Shown here: one piece after another, positions 36,701 to 45,700 of the stretch
How the letters are laid out: every line of letters begins with the position of its first letter
How positions within the stretch are numbered: position 1 is the stretch's first letter
From: Candidatus Omnitrophota bacterium
Lineage (GTDB): Bacteria > Omnitrophota > Gorgyraeia > Zapsychrales > Fredricksoniimonadaceae
Assembly: GCA_043742785.1 (NCBI GenBank)
Contig: JAYTXU010000002.1
Coordinates: 9,707 to 73,706, forward strand
Direction of reading: 5' to 3'
DNA: 64,000 nucleotides
Program-made: the position numbers and the translations under genes
The notes under the pieces: generated by a model
Told to the model about the DNA's origin: nothing
The model's input: the letters and a program-made list of their open reading frames with translations, nothing else
The model's database searches: none

Positions 36701-39700
36701 TCTAAGAAACCTTTGTCTTTTAGATTTCCATTAGCATAGGAAAGTTCATACCCTCCCACTCCTCCCACCAGCATTCCTGCTGTTACTCTTTTAATCGCAT
36801 CTTTAACCAATTCTTTAGGAGCATAATTAACTATCTGTCCGTCTTTCATTGGGAAAAACCCTTTACCAAAAGCCCTCAAAAGACCTGAATTCATAACCGC
36901 CCCATTCATCCCCCCTATCAACATATATTTTGCTAAATCCTTAGCCCCCTTAGCTTCAGGATCTGACATAAATACGACTCCCCCAACAGCAGAGCCTCCC
37001 GCAAAACCAAGACTGGTATCAACAACTGCTTTATTAACCCAATCTTTAGCTGCCCACTTAGCTACTGAATTATTTTCTGTCCAACTTGCTATTCTGGCAG
37101 CACCAACGGTAGCTCTCTCCATAAAGGTTAAAGGAACCCCTGCTACTTCAGCGGTACTGCTAACGTTTTGAGCTTGTTCTTGAAGGCTTGTCGTTACTTC
37201 TTGTCTTGTTGGTAAATTTACTCCACTAGATGCCTCACCATAAGCAGCTGTTCTTACCCAACGACTTGCTGCAGAAGATATAACTCCACCTCCTAAACCT
37301 ACAAGAAAATCTGAACCTGACCGATGACCGTTTTTACCATCCAGAGAACCTCCTAAAACACTTACTCCTCCATAAACAAGGCCATTTAACATTGGTGATT
37401 GCGTTAATGCTTTTCCTATCAATATCTGATTCGTTGCAGAACCTATAGTCCATTGACTTGCTCCCCATTTACCTAAACCTACAAAAGCGCCTGCTCCTGC
37501 ACCCACACCCATATTCTTCAATCCGTTGCTACTAAAGGCATAGCTAACAAAACCCTCGCTACCGCCATTTAATTTATAATCCTTATACCCGCGCACGGTA
37601 TTAATCGTTGCTCCAACTCCTGCATTGACGACAACTTGTCTTGCTGGGGCAATCCATCCGGGTAACGATGTGCCAAAATTCCCTCCATTGGCAATGCCCA
37701 TGGATACCTTATCCATAAAAGTCAACTTCTGTGCAACTCCTTCAATAGCAGGATTATTTAAAACACTCATTTTTTCTAGCTGATTAAGATATCTCCCATT
37801 TTCGTAAATACTTGTCCCCTTGATAAGACCATTGATCGAAGCGCTTGATGCTGCTGCAACTTCACCTAATATAAAAAGCGTACCTGCCATGGTTCCGCTC
37901 ATTTGACCACCATCTTTCATTGAAGTTGCTAAATCACTAAGTTTGAATTCTCTAGGATCTAAAGCAGCGTAGGCCAAACCACTAAATGTAGCCCCTATAG
38001 CATAATTAACAGCAACTGTCTGTCCTACCTTTGTTGCTAAAGCAGTTCCTTTTGTCGCAATTCCGGCCCCTTTTAAAACAGCACCCGCACCACCAGCCAA
38101 CATAAGAACTGAACTCGTAGCACCCATAAAAGATGGGTTTGTTGGATCCCAATTAGTTGCGTTTGATTCCTCCCACCCTAATGCATTTCTTAAAAATTTC
38201 ATCCCCGCAGTACTCCCACCATTATACCCTCTGTAACCTCCTCCAAGCCAAACCGCCCCCTGACCTAATAATGTTGTTCTAACGTCATTCTTATAAATAT
38301 CAATCGCAGCTCCAGGAACACTTAAAGGCAAAGGATCTTCTTTGTCATAGGCTTGGCCTGTAGCAAGATTAATCATCGGAGCTCCTATTTCTTTGCGGGC
38401 AAAAGAATAGAAAACACCATTGTTCTCACCTGAATAAACCGTAGCTCCTTCCATTCTTATAAAGGATGTTTCCTTGCCGTCTGCGTTAACCGGAGCAGCT
38501 CCTATATATTTCAACTCATTGGCATCCTTGCCTAAAACATAGTATAAATTCACTGTTCCCTCTGCAGAGGGGGTTTTAACAACCATATCCTCTGGGTGTT
38601 CTTGTTTCAGCATCACTGGAACAATATTTTCCAAAGACTTTTCTTTAATTACATCGAGAGTAGTTGATTCCCCTGTATCAAATCGAACTATTGTCTTTCC
38701 ATCCTCAGGATCTGAGATGTGGTATCCTCCTCCTGCCACTAATGCTATCGCGTTCCCTCTGGACATTCCCATGTTTTCAAAACTTCTAACTATTGCAGAA
38801 TCCAGCTTTGCGCCAGTTGAATCCTTACCATTCAATTGGACAGTTTGACCCTTCACATAATCTTCAAATGTCTGCATCTCACCCGTTTTAAGGTTTAAAA
38901 TTGCTTTCTTTGTGAAATTATCTTCTCTTGACTCTATTCCCATAACTCCACCAGGAACTACGTCGTCAACAGTAAATCCTTGATCAGCAGCCCCTGCAGC
39001 TGCCAATGAATTCAAAATTGTTTTCTTAACATTAACCTTATCCCCCTCTTTGACTTGGAAAACCAGCATTCCGTTTAAGACCTGCCCCCCATTAACAAGT
39101 CTAAGATCTTTACCATCTCCAATTCCTAGAATTTCTTTTACTTGCTTAGCTCCACTGGTAACATCTACCCATTGAATCTCATTCCCTATTTTCATGGGAA
39201 TTTTACTGATTTCACGAATAACATTTCCCTCTTTATCTACATGTGTTTTATAAATAATGTTGTTTGCTTCCTTAATCTCTCCTGATTTAGTTAACACGCC
39301 ATCTACGGCAAAGCGGTCTTGAGGAACAAGGACTTGTTTATTATCTTTTGTCTGAGCAGACATTGACATATATTCATCAAATCCTCGATCATTTTTTCCT
39401 AATGCTACAAAGATTCTTTCATAAATTCCTAGCGGTCTAGAAGCCGTGTATGAAACAGTGCTTTCTCCGCTGGATGAGATTTCTTCGGTAGAAACAACTT
39501 TAAAATCCCTACTTTTATTAATATCTGTTCCTACAAGAATAAGCTTCCCATCAATCTCTCTGGATTTCTTTGTGTTACCATAATCAAACGTCGAACCTAA
39601 ATTCGATTTGTTAATATCCGCCACCAAATTATACTTTCCATCTTCACGAGTATTGATTTCGTTATTTTCTCCTTGCTTACTATAAAATATCTCATTCTTT

Positions 39701-42700
39701 GTTCCTATTAAACTTTGAACATCCAAGCTTGTTTTATCACTCTTTTGTCCAACAGGTTCAAGACCTAAGCCTTGAACTTCAAAAGTCAAGCCAGACGTTG
39801 AATTTCCTATACCGGTAATGTCGTATTTATGAACCCCGTCGTTAAAATCAATGGTATTTTCTTCGTTTAAATCTATCGTTGGTTTTGTTATCCATTTCTG
39901 AACATACTGACCATCATCTCCAACAACTGTTTCAGAAACTCCGTTAGTACCAAGAGAGTAGCTTGCTGTCACTGGTGTTTTTTGACCACCTTTTTCTATG
40001 GCTGTTTTATAACCATTATCGAATGTCCCCTGAGGATTCCCCTCTGCATCATAGGTTGTTTTCTGCAATGTCCTGGTAAATCCCCAAGAATTAATTCCTT
40101 GATCTGTTATATCAATAAACCCCATCGAATTAGGTTTTAACTGTAGTCTTTCGTCTTCGCTTTTCACAAGAACACCATTACTATCTACTACTCTTATTCC
40201 AGTAGGAACCACCATTCTTGGATCTTCCGCAATGAGTTTAGTGCCCACTCCTGTTCCAAGCTCAACACCTTGAGAATTAAGAGTAAATTCCAAACCTGGA
40301 GAGAACGGAGCAGCACTTTTAAGTCCCGTCAAAGGAAGAAGCTTGCTCATCATGTTTATTTCAGTTTTTGCGTCTGTAAGGCCTTCCTTGCCCTCTCCGC
40401 TGGCGCTTAACAAGAAAGCCTCTCCTAAGTCTGTCAACTTAGCTACGCTATGTGCAGGCATAGAACTATCTTTACTGAGTTGTCCATTGTTAAGATCTTC
40501 CCCATCTTTTTGTTCACTTTTACGAACTAAGAAATCTTTGTTTGCTATGTACTGGCCTTGATTCGATTGCAAAATAATCTGACGATACCCCTGACCAGGT
40601 TCTGTTTCTCCTGGGAGAGCTTCGTTGCCTAACCGAATGCCTGTTATATCTGCGCTTTTAGTAGTGCGTACTTTTCCTTCTTTATCTGTTAAGATTGAGC
40701 CCACCTTGCTTCCTTGCTCAACAGATGGTTCTGTCCCTGCAAGAATACGGCCATCCTTTGTTACTGCAATTAACTGATTGGAAGCTTCAAGACCAAGATT
40801 ATTATTTCCTGGAGTTTGTTGATTCAAACTAGAAGCATATACTGTGCGGTCAGGTAGGCTATTGGAATTAAGAGTAAACCAACCTTGATTAACTGGCTTT
40901 AATTCGTTAACAAGATTATCGTTTTCATCGAAGCTATCAATACTTTCACTTACAGGCAAAGATACTTCCGTTATACCAAAACGCTTAGAAGATCCGTTGT
41001 TCCCAAGAGCAAATTGAGCTCCTGGCATATTCTCAGTTGAAACAAAACCATTGGCCCCTGAAAATATAAACTGCTGTGTACCTTGCGTTTCGCTAAAAGG
41101 TGTTCCAGATATTCCATTAAAAATAAGCTTTGATTGATTATCTTTGGCACTAAATTTCTTGCTTAAATCGTCAGAACCAGAACCAATAGAACCTTGACTA
41201 GAAGAAAGTGATTCCCCTTGTCCAACTAAAGAAACAATCCCATTATTATTAGCCTGCCCTGAAGTAAGGCTTACTATCTTATCGTTACCTGAGACTCCAT
41301 ATTTAATTTGATTGTTGGTATCAATGTTGCTTTTTACCGTTGCGTTAACTGCAATATTTCCTGCCTGCGGAGTAATGTCATTTCTCCCCGTTAATACAAA
41401 TTTATCTCCTTCAAACGTCAACGCCTTGTTTTGTTCAGGAATTAAAGCCCCGTTGACCTTTGCATCTACTCCATTGATTTGAACTTGACTATTTTTAAGA
41501 ACAAGTGTATCTGCTTTTGTATTTTGACTAAAAACAATTCCTTTTTGTGAATCATAGTTATATCCGCCATCACGCATGAATGAACCTGGTGTTGCTCCAT
41601 ATGCTTGTGAATTTGGATCAAATCCACCTTTAGCATTAAAATAAGCACTCTGAGGAGCCATTGGCATAAGACCAACAACAGCGACAGAGTCATTATTTGT
41701 TGGCTCAATATTTACTGCCTTAACAGTAGGTAAAACAAAGTTTAAAGCTGTTAGTTGCTTGTTGCCATCTGTAATAATTGTTCCCTGAGCCTTGGTGCCA
41801 TTATTAATTGAATTAGGAGCCCCTCCTTCTCCTCCTATATTATTAATCAACGCTTCTCCTGAAACCAATTTACCGCTGACATTCACATTGTTGACAATCC
41901 CATCTTCGCCAACAAAATAACCCATTCCAGAAGAAACCTTAACTGGAATACTAAACAAAGCTTTGTGAATTGGATCTGTGCTTTGAGGACCATTAGGAAA
42001 GAACTGATCCATCACACTTGTGGATATTGTTGTATCGTAGGTTCCACCAAACTGCGCATTCTTTTGAACGATCACATTATTATCACCTACAACTGCAGTA
42101 ACCAATTTTTGGCCTGTCATGTCTAGAACATGTTGACCTGGTGTGGAAATATCCGCTCCCTTTACAAAAACTTGAGCCCCATACGAAAACTTTTTATTGT
42201 CTTTAGTAGCTACCGCTATCTCTTGTGCCATAGCTTCCGCTTGTTCTGGAGTTAAGTGTTGAACCTCTACAATTTTCTGAAAAGCTTTGCTTGTTTTAAT
42301 AGCATTGATGTCGCCATTAAAACTTAACTGCTGATTATTTTGTACCAATATGTCGCTCTTACCATCTCCAGCAGGCAATTGATAGGTTCCACTGGTAGGA
42401 GTTGCATTTCCAGCTTGATGATTTTCATTAAAATTAAAAAGACGATTCCTGTCTGTGCCTTCCGCTGAAACGCTAATTTCGCCCCCCTGTCCTATAGCTT
42501 CCTTAAACCAACCATCTAACCCATCACTCTTTGTTGCTCCTACCAATTTCTCTCCATTATTTAATGAGTATCCTAAAGCGGCCTGAAGCTTAACATCCCC
42601 TGTCACTTGAGCAATGGCTGCATCTTTTTCTTTATTATTACTAAAGTAGCGAAGAGAATTTAGTCCCTGAGCAAACACTCCCCCGTCATTCCCCTGCGCT

Positions 42701-45700
42701 CCTACTGTTACCTTATTGTCCTCACTGCGATTGATGCCATAAACATCTATTATTTCTTTCGTACTCATGTTTTCATTAGAAAAAACATTGTTGAGCATTT
42801 TTCCAGCATCGCCATACGTCCCGCTGAACTGTGTACCGCCTTCACCCAAAGCGTTAATTACAGAAATATCCTTACCCTTATCCTTACCCTCTTTATCCTT
42901 GGTATTTGTGAACCCTCCCATGGAAAGAAGATAATTGTGTTCTCCTTCTTTGCCATAGCTCTGCAACAATTGGGGTGCATTAAGACCTAAGTAATCAAAC
43001 AACTCGCGGGTTTTTCCCTCTACCGGCAAACTGCCAATCATAGGTTTTAGAACATAGATATCTGACTGATGGAGGACAGAATTTAAGGTGCTTGTAGGAA
43101 TTTCTGTACCTGCATGCAAAAGACCGCTGTTAAACAATTGCAAAACATACTGACTGTGCAGATCATCCGCCGAAACTTTCTGTGGAGCAGCCAAATAATT
43201 GGCCGTTAAATATCCGCCGGGACCGCTAGTAAAACCGGTCGCTTGTCCTGTGATGGCGTTATTGGCCTTGCTCATAGAATCCCACATATTGCCCCTGGCA
43301 ATTGCATTCTCTACCGTAAAACCATTCAGCCCTGACAAGGTGTCTGAATAAGCATTAAAATCATGCACGCTGTTAAAGCCGCCTGTTTTATCATTTAAGA
43401 AAGACATCCCATAAAGATTGTCTGTCATGTTTTGCATAGGACTTCCAGGCGAGGACCAAGCTGCATTATAACGAGCATCCCAACTGTCTTGGCTACCAAT
43501 ATTCTTATTCGCCTGGTCTTGAGTATCACTCAAATCTGTTCCCGTTAAAATGGCGCCTTTACTAGCCAATCCCATAGCAACCAAATTGCTGCCAGTTGCT
43601 AAAAATCCCCATCGAAAAGCCATCAGCTTATTATCGTATGCTTTTCTCTCTTCTGCAGAAGCATCAGCTCCCGGCGCTTTCCCAACAACTGAGTTTTCAT
43701 AGGAATTAAGAGCCATCGACAGTGCTGCTTGAGTGGCTCCAAAAGTGGCCATTCCTCCTAAAATGCTGGATTTAAATCCATCCCAAGTTTTAACGTTAAG
43801 CCAATCCTTGTCCTTGGTTTCCTCTCGATTAAAAAACATATTAACTCCAGAGCTCCCCAACACATTTCCTGCCTGAGCCAACCCTTGAGAGAACTGACTG
43901 TCAGCTTTAATACCCATCGACAATCCTCCCAGACGAAGAGCGCCTCCTGCCAATTGCCCCACAGCAAAGCCGGCATCTGCTTTTAAAATTGAACCTGTAT
44001 ATTTAAAGAAATTGTCTGACGTATTGAATTGTTTTGTTTTATCATTTGGATTACTTAGATCCTTTGTAGCTCCCAAGGTGGTGCCAAAACCAGCGTCAAA
44101 TGTACGATCTCCCACCCAGGCAATGGTGCCCACGGCTAAATCAGCAGCAACAGAAGAAGCAATCACGCTAGAAGTTTGCATCAAAATTTTATTTTTATCA
44201 CTGCATTTATTTGGATCAGGACAAAAAGATTTGTTGATGGCCTTAGTAATTTCCACCTTCACATACCCTGAAGCAGCCCCTAACACAAGTCCTTTGCCTA
44301 GTCCTTCAATAAAGGAAAGCCCTACTGATTGATGGTCTTGTGAAAAATCACCTACTTGTTCCTTGATTAAATCAATCCCATCTGATGATATCCCTTGTTC
44401 TTGTGCTATCGCGGCAGCTTCGTTTGCAGACATTCCTTTGGCAACCGCATCATGAACAATCTGAGCTTCGTTATTTTCACCATCCCTCAGTATTGTGTTT
44501 GTATACGCATCATTAGGATTATTTATGTTTGTATCCATCGTATTCAGCATTGATGAAAGACCTAAAACCGTCCCCATGGATAATGCTGAACTTAAAATCA
44601 TTGCTGTTTCCTGACTGCAAACACCTTTCATCACGCACACAGTTGCTGTGATTCCTGCCATTTGACTGGCCGCCATGCTAATAATTGCCTTGCTAACGCT
44701 TTTTCCTAAATTTTCATTATTTATTTTTGTGAAAGCTTCTTTAAAAGATTTAGGAGTATTTGGACTGTCTATAGGACAAAGGGTTGTAGAAAAAGCCTCC
44801 ATTTTAGAGTTGAAGTCATCAAGTAAGATATCCTTGTTTATAGTAACAAGTTCTTTTGCATAATCGGATGCCTTTTGAGCACCAATGATTTGATTGGAGC
44901 TGAAACCAGCGCCCCCTTGCATAGCTAAAGAAGTTCTCTCTATATTAACTGCTGCTATCTGCGCATCAGTTACAGGAGCAGCGGTCTTTGCAACGCTTGC
45001 AGGTTTCGCATCCTCATTCTTAGGATCGAGGCCACTTCTCGTTTCAGAGCGTCCATCTCCAAAAATAGTTTTCACCATCGTCTTATCACCACTTGTATAG
45101 TTGCTCGTTCCAGTCTCACCATCATAATGAAAAGTAGCTTTCGTAGAAGCATTGGTACTGTCAATATTCCCATTGGCCCATACCGTCCTTTGATCCCCAT
45201 TGCTAAACTTCGTCATATCCCCCTTCATTCCTGTATTATCGTAAACAGTCTTAGGTGGTTCTGCCTTAGTATCCGCTGCATTAACCGCATCTTGTGCATT
45301 TTGTTGAAGAGCTAGCTTTGCACCTTCCATTTGGGCTTGATCGAGTTTGTATTGAGCAGCAGCAGAATAAATAGCCTTCGCTAAATTAATCGCATCAAAT
45401 CCAATTTGCGCTAAAGGTTTGCCATCAGAAATATCAAGGATTAATTGTGCCGCCGGAGTAGCTACCATTGACGCAAATCTTAAAACAGCTAGAGTTTGCG
45501 TCATCCCTTCTACCCTTACAACTGCATTAGCACCATAGGCAACCCCCGCCGCAACAACCCCGATACAATCTACAATCAATTGTCCTGTGGATGCTCCGTT
45601 GGAGGCATCCAAACCTAAACGTATCGCTGCAGCTAAAAATGGCCCTACTCCCGGAATAAAGTTTACAAGCATCAATCCTATTTGTATTGCAGTACCTGTT

